Source of the DNA: Leucoraja erinacea
Lineage: Eukaryota
Reading direction: 5' to 3'
DNA length: 64,000 nt
NCBI RefSeq assembly: GCF_028641065.1
Contig: NC_073392.1
Coordinates: 23,684,001-23,748,000 of the forward strand
The stretch's first letter is position 1, and each line of letters starts with the position of its first letter. The position numbers and the translations under genes are program-made. Shown here one piece after another: positions 49,735-62,180 of the stretch. The notes under the pieces were generated by a model that saw nothing but the letters and a program-made list of their open reading frames with translations, had not been told where the DNA came from and did no database searches.

Positions 49735-49960
49735 CTCTCCTCAAATCCCGGGGACCCTCTCCTCAAATAATACTACCACTCGAATCCTGGGACACTCCCT
49801 CTTGAATCCTGCAACCCCTGCACAAATCCTGGGAGCCTTGCCTCAAATCCCGAGACTCTCTCCTAAAGTACTGGGAACCTCTCTTCAAATTCCGGGACCC
49901 ACTCCTCAAATCCCTGGGACACTCTCCGCAAATCCTGGGATCCTCCCAAAATTCAGGGGT
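49735..49960. repeat. Diverged ~21-bp tandem repeat immediately upstream of the start codon
   Basis: About 10 variants of CTCAAATCCCGGGACCCTCTC. Confidence 0.8.
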
Positions 49961-50184
49961 CGTGCTCGACGAATCCCGCGATCGCTGCCCCTCCAACCTC
50001 GCTTCCTCGGGGACCACTGGGCCTCCTCGGGGGTGTCCTGATGTTGTGCTTGGGACGTTGTTGAGTCGTTGTGGCCAAGTGTCAACCCGATCCTCGTTGC
50101 CTCAGTCTCTCGTCAGTCTCCCTCTCTGTACCTTCCGATTCATCGTCGCGCTGGGACCCATCTCATACGGTTGTGGGGAACTCG

Positions 50185-50400
50185 TTTCCCCTCCCGGTGC
50201 GGGACTCTCACGGTCCCCAGGCTTGGGAGTCCCGCTCTCTCCCGATGCTGGACTCTCTCGCTCTCCCACGCCGTGAGACTCCCCCGCTCCCCACCGGTGC
50301 AGGGCTCGCTAGCTCTGTCCCGCTTCGGGACACTCTCGCTTTCCCCCCGTGCGGCACCCTCTCCCGGCGCGGGTCTCTCTCTCTCTCGGTGCGGGCTCGG
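50185..50400. repeat. Diverged GC-rich tandem repeat in the promoter/5'UTR
   Basis: Recurrent CCGGTGCGGG(A)CTCTCGCTCTC variants. Confidence 0.65.
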
Positions 50401-51629
50401 GGTTTCGTGACCGTGCCCCGCTGCCTCCGCCTGCTGTCTCCCTGACGATGTTCCCTCTTCCAACAACCCTACAGGAAGTCTGTTTCCTGTCAATCCTTCC
50501 TCGGCAAGAGCTCCGTCACAGCTTCGAGCACCTCACAGCATCGCCCGCAGCCCGAAGACCCCGGACCGAGGCAGGAAACACAGCGGTGATGCTCCCTCGC
50601 TCCCTTACCCTCAGATGAAGCTCCCTGTCTACACTCCTCGCCAGCGAAGCTCCCACGCTCTATTCCCCGCCGGCGAATCTCCCTTACTTCATTCCCCTCC
50701 AGTGAAGTTTCCTCATTCCACTAACAGATGAAACTTCACATACTGCCCACTATCCTCTATTGAAACTCCCTCACTGCCCACTACCCACTACCCTCCAGTG
50801 AAGCTTCCTCAACAATTTATAGTCTATGTTTACAACGTGGATAAAGCGACTGAAATTATTGTAGCCAAATCGATTAACGATATCAAGGAAATTGATTAGC
50901 AAGTAGTGATGAAGATACAAGGAGCTTGCAGAGGGATATTGACAGGTTAAATGAATGGGCAATAAATTGGCAGATGGGGTATAATGTGGCAAACATAAAG
51001 CTGTCCTATCTGCTGAGATCTTTCAGCATTTTCTGCTATTTTGAATGAAATAACAAATTAAAATGGAGTGATACGACAAATATTGTGGTACAAAGGGACC
51101 TGGGGATCCTTTGTATTCTGAAAGGCATGGATAGGGTAGATAGCTAGTGCCTGTTTTCAATTGTAGGAGTATCTAAAGTAAGAGGGCATAGTTTTAATGT
51201 GAGAGGGAGGAGGTTTAACAGGGATCTGAGTAGTAATTTTTGCACACATTCTAGTTGGTATCTGGATGAGCTGCTGGGTCAGGAATAGTAACAACATTTA
51301 AGAGGTTTCTGGACAAGTACTTGAATGAGGATGGTAAAGAGGGATATGGAAGTAATGCAGGCAAGTGGGATTTGGCAGAGTTAGGCAGAGAATCACAGAG
51401 GCAAACTGAACAGAAATAGACCTATAGGTCCAACTTGTCTAAACTGACCAAGAAGCCCAATCTAAGTAATCCTAGCCTGCCCAACCTTTCCTTGTAACTC
51501 AGGCCCTCAAGTACTGGCAACATCCTCATAAATCTTCTCTGCACTCTTTCCAGCTTAATGACATATTTCCTATAGCGTAGTGATAGGGCAATGCGATCTT
51601 GCACATATCATCCCAAGTTCTATGTGTAA

Positions 51630-51845
51630 GAAGGAACTGCAGATGCTGGTTTAAACTGAAGATAGACACAAAAAGCTGGCGTAACATCAGCAAGACAGGC
51701 AGGATCTCTAGAGAGAAGGAATGTGACGTTTCGGGTCTTGACCCGAAACGTCTAAATAAGGGTCTGGACCTGAAACGTCGCCCATTCCTTCTCTCCAGAG
51801 ATGCTGCTTGTCCCGCTGAATTACTCCAGCTTTTTGTGTCTATCC
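51630..51845. mobile_element. Palindromic (inverted-pair) Penelope-derived short element
   Basis: Arms GATAGACACAAAAAGCTGG / CCAGCTTTTTGTGTCTATC; internal hairpin at 51725-51752. Confidence 0.75.
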
Positions 51846-52129
51846 CAACTTCTGTATTCATTTCCCCGACCGATGAGGGCCAGCATGTCAAAAGCCTTCT
51901 TCACCACTGTATCTGCCTACAATCCCACTTTCAAGGAGCTATATGTTTGTACATTCCCATAGGGTCTTACAGCGTGGAAACAGGCCCTTTGGCTCAACCT
52001 GCCCGCACCGGCCAACATGTCTCATCTCAACTAGTCTCTCCTGCCTGCATTTAGCCCATATCCCTCTAAACCTGTCCTATTCATGTACTTGCCTAAATGT
52101 TTATTAAATGTTGCAATGGTAAAACTATG

Positions 52130-53500
52130 GGCCTGTAGTTCCCTGGAATCTCTCTATTTCCATTCTCAAACAAAGGAATAACATTGGCAACAATCCAGTC
52201 CTCTGGGACCTTGCCTGTGGCTAGAGAAGAGACCAAGATCCATGTCAAGGCCCTGTAATCTCCTCTCTTGCTTCCCTCAATAATATAGGATAGATCCCAT
52301 CAGGCCTTGGGGACCTATCCACCTTGATGCTCTTCCCTGATGCACCATCACCTCCTTCTCAATCTCAAACTGTCCTAGCATATTTGTGTTCTCCACACTG
52401 ATCTCGCTGTCGAAGTCCTTGGTGAATACGGATGCAAAGTACTCATTCAGTACCTCACCTTCATCCTCTGACTGCATAGATATCCTCCTTTGTCCTTGTT
52501 CCTGGCCACCCGATTGTTTTTAACATACATATAAAAAGCTTTACGATGTTCCTTAATCCGACTTGCCAATGACATTTCATGACCCTTTTGGCCCTTCTGA
52601 TCGCTAGCTTGAGTTCTTTCCTACTTGCTTTATATTCCTCATAATCCTCGTCTGATGCCACCTTCTTGAAACTGATATACGTTTCCTTTTACTTCCTGAC
52701 CAAATTTACAACTTCCTTGGATATCCACGATTCCCTAATCTTGCCCCCCTTATCCCTCCTACTTACTGGAACATGCTGAACACATTTGGCAAATTCCAAT
52801 TTGTCTATAAACTCTGAACACTATGACCCAGACTCAGTTTATATTGGGAAAGTTTAAATTCCCGACTATGACAACACTGTCAGTCTTGCAGCGCCTACAA
52901 TCCTGAGTAACAGTAGCAAACCTTCCCCTCCAGTTCTGGTGTCCCTCTTGAACAGCTCTCCTCTGCCCCAGAAGAGATCCCAAAGATCCAAAAATCTGAA
53001 TCCCAGCCTCCTGCACCAACTCCTCAGCCATAAACATTAATCTATCCTATCTTCCTGTTTCTACCTCCACCAGCACGTGGCATTGGGAATAATCTCGCTT
53101 ATTCGCAGTGATCACTACCCTCGAGGTCCAGCTTTTTAACCTTTTACCTAACACCCCATTTACATTTTTCAGTACCTCTTCCCTTTTCCTACCCATATCA
53201 TTTGTACCAACATGTACAATAACTTCTGGCTGCTCATGCTCCTCCATGAGAATGTCGTGCAGCCGCTCTGAGACATTCTGGACACTGGCACGAGGGAGTT
53301 AACACACCATCCTGGAATCTCGATTGCTGCCACAGACTCTTCTGTCCTATCACTATGGCTCTGCCTGACATTAGTCTTCCCAGCTGTGCCTCAGATCCAG
53401 GCTCTGTGCCATTGATGGGTCATTCCCCCTTAATATTCTCCAAAATGGTATAACTGCTTTGAAGGGAAATGGCCACAGGGGCCATTTGCACTCTCTGCCT
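52130..53500 (-). mobile_element. Degenerate CR1 5' portion (ORF1 SGNH esterase and endonuclease)
   Basis: PEVIVHVGTNDMGRK (esterase), VVIVGNLNFPNIN (endonuclease), EVLNEYFASVFTK. Confidence 0.8.
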
Positions 53501-53894
53501 ACTCCCTTTACTCGAGGTGACCGTTCTCTTTAAGAAGACAGCATTAAAATGCTGGCACACAGTGGCGCAGCGGTATAGATTTTGCCTTACAGCGCTAGAA
53601 ACGCAGGTGCTGTCTGTACGGAATTTTTACATTCTTCCTGTGAGCGCGTAGGTTTTCTCCAGTTGTTCCAGTTTCCTTCCACATTCCAAAGACATGCAGG
53701 TTTGTAGGTTTATTGGCTTCTGCAAAATTGCCCCGAGTGCTCATGGCAACAATTGCCATAGGTGGAGTCATCAGGCAAACCAGCAGTATCGCTGACTTCC
53801 CACATCCTGCAGGAGGAGCATTGCACCATTTTACCTGTCATCTCTACTGCACAATAACCAAGAAAAATAAATCACAACAAACATACACAAGAAG

Positions 53895-54110
53895 CAACAG
53901 TGAGGGGCTGATGTTACAGTCTGCTGTTGAGGTGCTGTTCCTATTGTCTGCTGGTGAGAGGGCTATTCACCCAGTCTACTGGTGAGGGATGTTCCCATAG
54001 TCTGGGGGGGCTGTTCCTACATTCTGCTGGTATGGGACTGCTCCTGCAGTCTGCTGGTATGGGACTGTTCCCACAGTCTGCTGGTGAGAGGCTGAAACCC
54101 ACAGTCTGCT
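53895..54110. repeat. ~27-bp minisatellite
   Basis: CTGTTCCCACAGTCTGCTGGT(GAGAGG/ATGGGA) variants, about 8 copies. Confidence 0.8.
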
Positions 54111-55649
54111 CACTCTGGATCTGAAATGTCACCTATCCATGTTCTCCAGAGATGCTGCCTGACCTGCTGACCCCTTACTTCAACCCTCTGTGCTTTTTGG
54201 TCAAAGTTCCAGCATCTGCAGTTCCTTGTGTCTACTGTTCCAATCGTCTGTTGGTCAGGAGCTGAGAACTGCTGATTGGGACCCGAGACCCACACTCTGT
54301 TGGTGGGGAACTGAGGTTCTCCAGGGATAGAACATTTTAGAGTTGGTCTCCACACAGCTGAAGGAAAGTCAGAGAAGGAGTAGGTGGCCAGGCTTTGCTC
54401 AGAGTCGTCTGATTGCTCATGGGTCATGTCCAATGTTATATGTCAGTGAGTACAGGAATGGGAAGATCATTAGATGAATGTGTGGCCAAAGGGCTGGTGT
54501 AAGGGGGAGTGCTTTAAATTCCTGAATCACTAGGATTGTTTCTGTGGAAAGTGGGACCTGTACAAAAAGGGTGGATGATACCTGAACTGGACTGGATCCC
54601 ACATCTTGCAGGGAATCTGGCCCGTTTTGTTGGGAAGGATTTAAACTGATGTGTCCTGGGAATGGACATGTACAGTGGGGCGGGGGGGGGAACTGGTGGG
54701 AGGAGCAGTCAAGTACAGAAGGAAAACCAAATCAGTCCAGCAGACACAACATGATGAGGCACAAGGAAGGAATGCAAGGCTGGGTTATATATATTTTGAT
54801 GCAAGAAGTTTAACTAATAAGGAAAATAAACTTGGAAGGAGACCAAGAGATGCTAGAATCTGGAGTAAAAAAAAATGCTGGAAGAATTCAGTGGGTCAAC
54901 GAGCATCTGCTGACAGGAGAGGAACTGTGGCTGTTACAGGTGAGACCCTGCATTAGGATTTCAACTTGCAGCTTGTAACATTGATTAGTACAAGCAGAGA
55001 AACATTTTTGAAAGAAGAAGAATGGTGTAATTCTATGTTCCAGGGTATAGAGGAGGTAGCAGTGTGATACTGACAAGGAATCTGTTACTAAAGTAAAGAG
55101 GGGGGATTATCTCAGAAGGTTCTTCAAATGAGGACATATGGGTAGAGTTTCGGGACAAAAAGGGGACCAATCATTCGGGATGAACAATAGGCCTCCTAAC
55201 CATCAGCAGGAGATATGAGCAGATATGTAGATAAATTACCGAGAGATGTAACTGCAAGAGGGTTAATGTAGAAGGGGAAATCAACGTGCCTGATATTATC
55301 TGAGATCGATTTAGTGAGTTAAGTGTAGAGTGGATGGAATTATTAAAGTGAGGGTTTTGCTAACCCATATGTAGATAGTCCTAGTAGGAAAAGACAGTAC
55401 CGGACCTAACCATAGGGATGTATCCCAGCAAGAGGTTGAAGAGCCAGTGTGGAGCATTTGGAGATTGTAACCATTGGTTGCAAGGACCAGTAACAGAAAC
55501 AAAGAAAATAGGTGCAGGAATAAGCCATTCAGCCCTTCGAGCCTGCACTGCCATTCAATGTGATCATGGCTGATCATAAAACACTGCTATTTGAATACTC
55601 AGACATCTCAGAGGTTTGGCATCTGGCTCACTGAATGACGTTTGCCACA

Positions 55650-55915
55650 CTCCTTTCTAATTTACCAGATCTGTTCCTCAATTCCCATCCAATTTACCCG
55701 ATCTGGTTCCTGAACTCTTGTCCAACTTACCAGGCCCTGGTTCATCAACTCCCTCACAATTTATCAAGACTCTGATTGCTGAACTTCCTTACAATTACCG
55801 TGTTGTGTTTCTCAACTGCCTTACAACTTACTGGATCCAGTTCCTGCACATCCTTCCAACCTAGCAGGATCCAGTTCTCAAACTCAGTTTTTCCAATCAC
55901 CTGGTTCCCAAGTTC
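55650..55915. repeat. Diverged ~35-bp tandem repeat
   Basis: AATTTACC...ATCTGGTTCCTGAACTC variants. Confidence 0.6.
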
Positions 55916-56026
55916 CATTTTAGCTTACATGGTTCACTGGAAAATATATTCTAGTATTGCTGTAATATCTTGAAATAAGTCAATTTAAAATAAGTTGGAA
56001 TATTAATCGAACTAAGGTAGCAATTA

Positions 56027-56300
56027 GGGCGGTATAGTGGTGCAGCTGGTAGAGCTGCTGCCTCACAGCAACAGAAACCCAGGTTCAATCCTGTCTGTGT
56101 GGAGTGTGCACGTTCTCTCTGTGATTTTCCTCTGGGTGCTCCAGTTTCCTCCCGCATCCCAAAGACATGTGGGTTTGTAGGTTAATTGACCATAATTCAC
56201 CCATTAACACTGGCTCTGTGTGCCACTTTCACAAACACTACCTACACACTAGGGGGCAATTTACAGAGGCCAATTAACCTATAAACCCGCACATCTTTCG
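56027..56300. mobile_element. HE1/V-SINE-like copies
   Basis: tRNA-like head, GGTTCAATCC and V-domain-like core. Confidence 0.7.
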
Positions 56301-56784
56301 GATCACTGGAAGAGAGGATTAAGGAAAATCCTAAGGCATATTAAGAGAGTAACCAGAGAATGAATGGGACCATTTGGAACACAAAGGACAATCTGTGTGG
56401 AGCGAGAGAATGTGAGTGAGGACATAAATGAATACATCTCATCAATATTGACCACGGAGGAAGACATTGTAGTTATGGAGACAAAGAGACGTTAAGTGCT
56501 GGAATCTTGACCAAAAAGCAAAGTGCTGGAGTAATTCAGCGGGTCATGCAGCATCTGTGGAGGGAAGTGGACAGTCAATATTTTGGGTTGGGAGCGTTCT
56601 TCAGACCGACTCCTATTCAGACTGTTGTGGATTGTAGACATTGTAGCTGGGGATTTCTCAAAGGTGAAAGGGATGGAACACAGACCAGTACAGCACATGA
56701 ACATGCCCTTCGGCCCACAAAGTCTATGCCGAACATGATGCCTAACCGTAGACCAACTCTTATCTGCCTGCCTGTAATCCATAT

Positions 56785-57480
56785 AGGGTGGCGCCCATAA
56801 TGGCCGCCTCGCTAGCAGTCTGTCTTGTCTTTTCTCTGTTTTTATTATGTAAGTATGTCTTGAATGTTTGTTTTAATGCCTCTTGGTATATTTTATGTGG
56901 GGGGGAGAATCGGGGGAACCTTTTTCCAGCCATTTACCTCGACGGAAATGCGATTTTTCTCCGTGTCGCAATTTCGTCCCCCGTCCCCGCCTGCGGCCTA
57001 TAACGTGGAGTGATGCGGCCTTTTATAGACCGGATTTGAAGCTTCAAGTCACGGGTGCGACGCGGACTTACCATCGCGGAGCCTGGGATCTTTTGCCGAG
57101 GATCGCCAGTGTTGGAGATTTATCACCGTGACTTTAACACCGTGAAGCAGCGGTCTCCGATGAGAAGCGTCTGACTCGGGAGTGTTCCGATCCATCCCAA
57201 CGCCGGAGTTTCGATCATCTCGATGATAGGGCTTGAACAGCGGACCGTCGGCAACGGCCCCGTTTAAAGGCCCCAACCACGGGTGATCAGAGGAGGAAGA
57301 TGACTGAACTTTATTGCCTTCCATCACAGTGAGGAATGCGGATTCCACTGTGGAGGATGTTTATGTTAAACTTTATTTCATGTGCTGTGTGTATTTTTGC
57401 TTTTTACTTAATATGGCTGTATGGTAACTCAAATTTCATTGTGCCTTAATTGGTTCATGTGACCATTAAATTGAATCTTG
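56785..57480 (+). mobile_element. Unclassified ~700-bp non-coding insertion with 9-bp TSD
   Basis: AATCCATAT at 56776-56784 and 57481-57489; CpG-rich body; TTGAATC tail; interrupts a CR1 tail. Confidence 0.75.
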
Positions 57481-60099
57481 AATCCATATGACTGTGTAAA
57501 AGTCACTAAAATGCCATTATCACATCTACCACAATCATCATTCCCGGCAGTCGATTCTAGGCACTCACTGTCCTCTGTGCAAGTTGCACCACACATCTCC
57601 CTTAAACTTTGCTTCTCTCACCTTAAAGCTATATTCTCTGAAGAAAAGTCCTAACCCGAGACGTCATCTATCCGTGTTCTCCAGAAATGCTGCCTGACCC
57701 ACTGAGTTACTCCAGCACTTTGTCTTTTTATTTGTAAACCAACATCCACATTTCCTAATTTCTACATTTTCTGCCCTCTAGTTTTTGATTTTTCCATCTT
57801 GGGAAAAACATTCTGACTGTCTATCCTATATAGGCCTCATAGTTTTATATAGGTCTATTAAGTCTCCCCACAAACCCCAGTGCACCAGAGAAAACAATCC
57901 AAGTCAATCCATGTCCAACCGCTCCCTATAGCTAATACCCTTCTAATCCAGGCATCATTCTGGCAAATCTCTTCTGCACCCTTTTCAAAGCTTTCACATC
58001 CTTCCTGTCATGAGAGGAACAGAACTACACACATTACTCCAAATGCGACCAAAATAAAGTCCATTAAAACTGCATCATGACTTCCTGACTCGTGTACTCA
58101 ATGTGAGGGCAGCGTGAGGGATTGAAGAGGGCAGTAAGTGCTTTGCCCCCATACGTTGGAGCACACTGAGGGTCTGTGTGAGCAGTGAAAGGAGCACGCT
58201 ACCCCACACGGGAGTCCCTGATGTCCCACCCACACGGGAGTCCCTGATGAGATCACCCGTACATTAGTTCTATCCCACGAGACAGAAGCCAATTACCGCC
58301 GACACCACCACCCCTCCTTCTCATGCCCGATCACCGGTTCATGAGTTGGATGGGATGCTGGACTTTGCGTGCGATGTCGCGCCCGTGCCAAAACTCCTCA
58401 GCTGGCCCTCCGGCTGGGCTTTGTGTGCAGTCTAGCACCTGGGCCAACCAGCCAGGGCCAAATCAGTCAATGAATTGCCGTCGGGAATTTGTCCCTTATT
58501 TTGATCTTTTGTCCCTTATTTGGAGGTGAGAAAGTTGGCAACCATTGTCTGCTGGTCAGGAGCTGAGACCCGCAGTCTGCTGGTGTGGGCCTCAGATCCA
58601 CTGTCTGCTGGTGTGGGCCTAAGACCATTGACTGCTGGTTAGTATTTTGTCAGTGGGTTCATAGTCAGTAACAAATCATCCCATCCGTGGGAAAATGCAG
58701 GAGAATTATATTCCAGTATGGTCTGGAATTTCTCCAAATAAAGCAGCCAGCAAACAGATCTGCAAATCTCATGTCACCCAACAGCCAGCCTATAACACCA
58801 GAGCTTTGTAAACTCTAACATATTGGAATGATTGCCTTGGCTGGAGTTGAGCCAAGAGCAGGGAGTCAGGGTCCTAGAATCGACTTAGTCATGACGGAGG
58901 AGTAGCCTTGGGTCACAGAGAGACCCAGAGGCTGGACAGCGGCCAATTGGCAAGGACACATTGAGCGGGCTGGATATTGCTGCAAACAACAGTACAAAAA
59001 CTGCCGAGGCAGAAAATCTGAAACAAAAGCAGAAGATTATGTAAACACTCGGCAGATCAGGGAGCAGCTGTAAGAAGACTCCTAGAGACATGGACCCACA
59101 CAACAGGGAAATAGGCCTTCAGCCCAAATTGTCCATGCAGACCTAGTTGGCCTACTGGGCTAGTGCCATTTGCCTGCATTTAGCTCAAATTCCTCTAAAC
59201 CCTTCCTATGCATATATCTGTCCAAATGTTTGTTCAAGTTATAATTTTCTCCTATAGCTTCCCCTGGCAGATCATTTCAGATAACGACTACTCTCTGAAT
59301 GAAAAATTTGTCCCCGAGGTCTCTCTTACATCTCTTGCCTCTCGCCTTAAGCCTATGCCGTGTAGTTTTAGAAACCTCTATCCTGAGGAGAAATGACAGT
59401 GTTCACTTTATCCGTGCTCCATGATCATATTGAATGGTGGGACTAGGACTAGGCTTGAGGGGCCAAGTGGCTTTTTCCTGCTTCTGTTTTACTGTGACAT
59501 TATATCAACGTGTGCGAGTGTGTCAGATAATGAGATTCGGTGATTCCAAGTGTCAGTGTAACAGACAGTGGGAGATCAATGTGTCAGAGTGAGTGAGTTG
59601 GTGTGACACAGTGAATGTGAGTGTTAGTGTGTCAGACAGTGAGAAATTCTGACACACTCAGAATGTCAGGTGTCGTTCAGTGAGAGAGTGTGTCAGAGTG
59701 GCTTTACAGCAATAGTGTTTGTGTATCAGAGAGAATGCATGTACTTATGTGCTGGAGTGGTGGGAGTAGGTGTTTGAGTGTTTATGTATTTGCGCTTATT
59801 ATGAGAGTAAAAAGATATTAGTATGTTGCTGTGTGTTTCTGTGAGTGTGGGATTTTCCTCGCAGTGTCCATGTGCAGGGTGATTGTGCCTGAGGTGCTGG
59901 AGTGAGTGTGGTTAGGTGATGATGCATATTATCGAGAGTGCTTCCAGAGCTCTCACCTCCCCCCACCCCTTCTCCTGCCTCTGCCCCTCCCTTGGTCACA
60001 GTGTCCGGGACCTGGTGTTGGGCCTGCAGAGCACCAGAGACCTGACCTTATCCAGCACACGCCGCCCCTGATGCATTCAGATTCCAGTCGCCATCTCCG

Positions 60100-60320
60100 A
60101 CTCAGTGCTTGGGCTTCCTGTTTATCGTGTTTGCTGCTGCAAATCAGCAGGAAGCAGGCATTTGTTTCGTTTATCTTGGCTAGTGCCCTGTATTTCAAGG
60201 AGACAATGGGAAGGAATAACAAATCGCAATGGGAGCAGGAAGCAGAAGGGGAAATGTCTCTGGGGGATTTGAACCAAAGCTGTGAGCTAGGAACACGACA
60301 ACATTACATCAAGATAAAAA
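60100..60320. promoter_or_regulatory. Candidate endothelial enhancer
   Basis: FOX:ETS-like composite, extra ETS, GATA and SOX motifs in a TE-free island; motif evidence only. Confidence 0.4.
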
Positions 60321-60724
60321 TACAGAGAACAGCAGCGATCAACCCTCAGCAGCCTCCCCGTTCTCATTTTGCCACAGTGCTCTGGAAACCTGGCAAAAAA
60401 TCCAGCACCAGAAATCTTATGGCTTGGCTTCCCTGCACCACGATTGAATATTATCCAAAAAACAAATAACCAAGTATAGAGACAAAGAACTGCATATGCT
60501 GGTTAACACACAAAAGGACACAAAGTGCTGGAGTAACTCAGCAGATCAGGCAGTATCTCTGGAGAACATGGATAGATGACAATCAACCTTTCCTCTCCAT
60601 GTATCTGTCCAGATGTCTTTTAAACATTGTGATAGTACCTGTACCTGCCTCACCAAGGTCCTTTGGCAGTTTTTTCCATATGCCCACTACATTTTGTGTA
60701 AAATGGTGGTGATTTGAGTTAATA

Positions 60725-61095
60725 TACGTCGAGTGTTTGAAGGCACTGGGCCTGTATTCGCTGGAGTTTAAAAGTATGAATGGCGACCTCATTGAAACCT
60801 ACTGGATAGTGAAAAGCCTGGATAGAGTGAATGTGGAGAGGATGTTTCCACTAGTGGGAGAGTTTAGGACCAGAGGCCATAGCCTCAGCATAAAAGGATG
60901 TACCATTAGAAAGGAGATGAGAAGGAATTTATTTAGTGAGGGTGTTGAATCTGTGGAATTTATTACCGCGGACGGCTGTGGAGGCCAAATCAATGGATAT
61001 ATTTAAGGCGTGTTAATAAGCGTGTCAGGAGTTATGGGGCGAAGGCAGGAGAATGGGGTTGAGAGGGATAGATCAGCCATGATTGAATGGCAGAA
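60725..61095 (+). mobile_element. CR1 LINE 3' fragment
   Basis: [10 protein letters not shown]...GDLIETY. Confidence 0.85.
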
Positions 61096-61409
61096 TAAAC
61101 TTGATTCTGCTCCTAGAACTAATGAAGTTTCCCCTCAGGTTCCTATTAAATCTTTTCCCCCTCACCAATTTTCCTGTGTTTTTTGATTCCCCAACTCTGG
61201 GTAAATGACTCAGTGCATTTACCATAAATATTCCACTCATGATCTTATACACCTCTATACTATTACCCCTCATCCTCCTGTGCTCCAAGGAATAAAGTCC
61301 TAGCCTGCTAAGCCTCTCCCAATGCTCAGACCCTCGAGTCCTGCCAACATCATCATAAATCCTCTGCACCCTTTCCAGTTTAAGAATATCAAGTGTTCAA
61401 TGAAACAGT

Positions 61410-62180
61410 TGCCTAATCTACATGATCTCACTGATATACAGGAGGTCGTATCAGGACCGCTGGATGCAGTAGATGCGGTTAGAGGAGGCGCATGTGAACC
61501 CCATGTGGACTGCTGTGGCCCCTGGTTGGAGGCGAGGGAGGAGGTTTAAGAACAGATGTTACATCTGCTGTGGTTGCAGGAGAAAATACCTAGGGGGGGT
61601 GCGATTTGTGTGGGAACCAAGGAGTTATGGAGGGAGTTATCTGCGGACGGTGAAAATGGGTGGTAATGGGAAGTTGTGACTAGTGGGTGATCACGTTGGA
61701 GGTGACGATAATGTCAGAGTATGATGTGTTGGATTCGGAGACTGGTTGGTGAGAGGTGAGAATCTGGGGAACTCTATTCTTGTTTTGTCTGGGGAGGTGG
61801 AGCAAGAGCAGAATTGTGGTACATAGAGGAGATGCAGATGAGGGATAGTGGGTGAAGTTTATTATAAAGCCCATGAGTTGCACGGGAGGAGGAGGTAGCC
61901 CCGATATAGAAGTCAATGTGGCGGAGGAAGAATTGGGGGATAGAGCCAGTGCACTGTATGCCTGGAACAACGACTGGTCAATGTAACCGACAAAAAGGCA
62001 GGCAAAGCTGGGGCCCATGCGGGTGCCCATGGCTGCACCTTTAACTTGGGGGATGTGAGAAGAGTCAAAGGAGAAGTTGTTGAGGGTGAGGCTAAGTTCC
62101 ATCAGGCAGAGGAGAGTGTTAGTAGAAGGAAATTGATTGGGTCCTTGTTAGAAGAAGAAACGGAGGGCCTTGAGACCATC
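61410..62180 (-). mobile_element. Penelope-like element fragment (RT and GIY-YIG region)
   Basis: ELSLTLNNFSFDSSH...QVKGAAMGTRMGPSFACLFVGY. Confidence 0.85.

Larger units (their letters stand above)
48520..50700. promoter_or_regulatory. CpG island over exon 1, 5'UTR and promoter of plxnd1
   Basis: Visibly GC- and CpG-rich against a CpG-depleted background; ETS cores at 50471-50490 and 50572-50579. The TSS cannot be determined from sequence. Confidence 0.8.

Noticed and set aside
49724-49744. ORF-track start extension MRRGRVR
   Set aside because: Begins at TTG; the first ATG is at 49723, directly before the signal peptide.
49740-49945. EBF/STAT/NF-kB site array in the 21-bp repeat
   Set aside because: TCCCnGGGA-like cores do not match the spacing or consensus of these motifs well enough.
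48486-50618. Many overlapping ORFs around exon 1
   Set aside because: Expected from high GC and stop-codon scarcity; only the plexin frame shows homology.
59906-60469. 187-aa + strand ORF as a neighbouring gene
   Set aside because: GTG start, no recognisable homology or exon structure; the region fits a regulatory element better.
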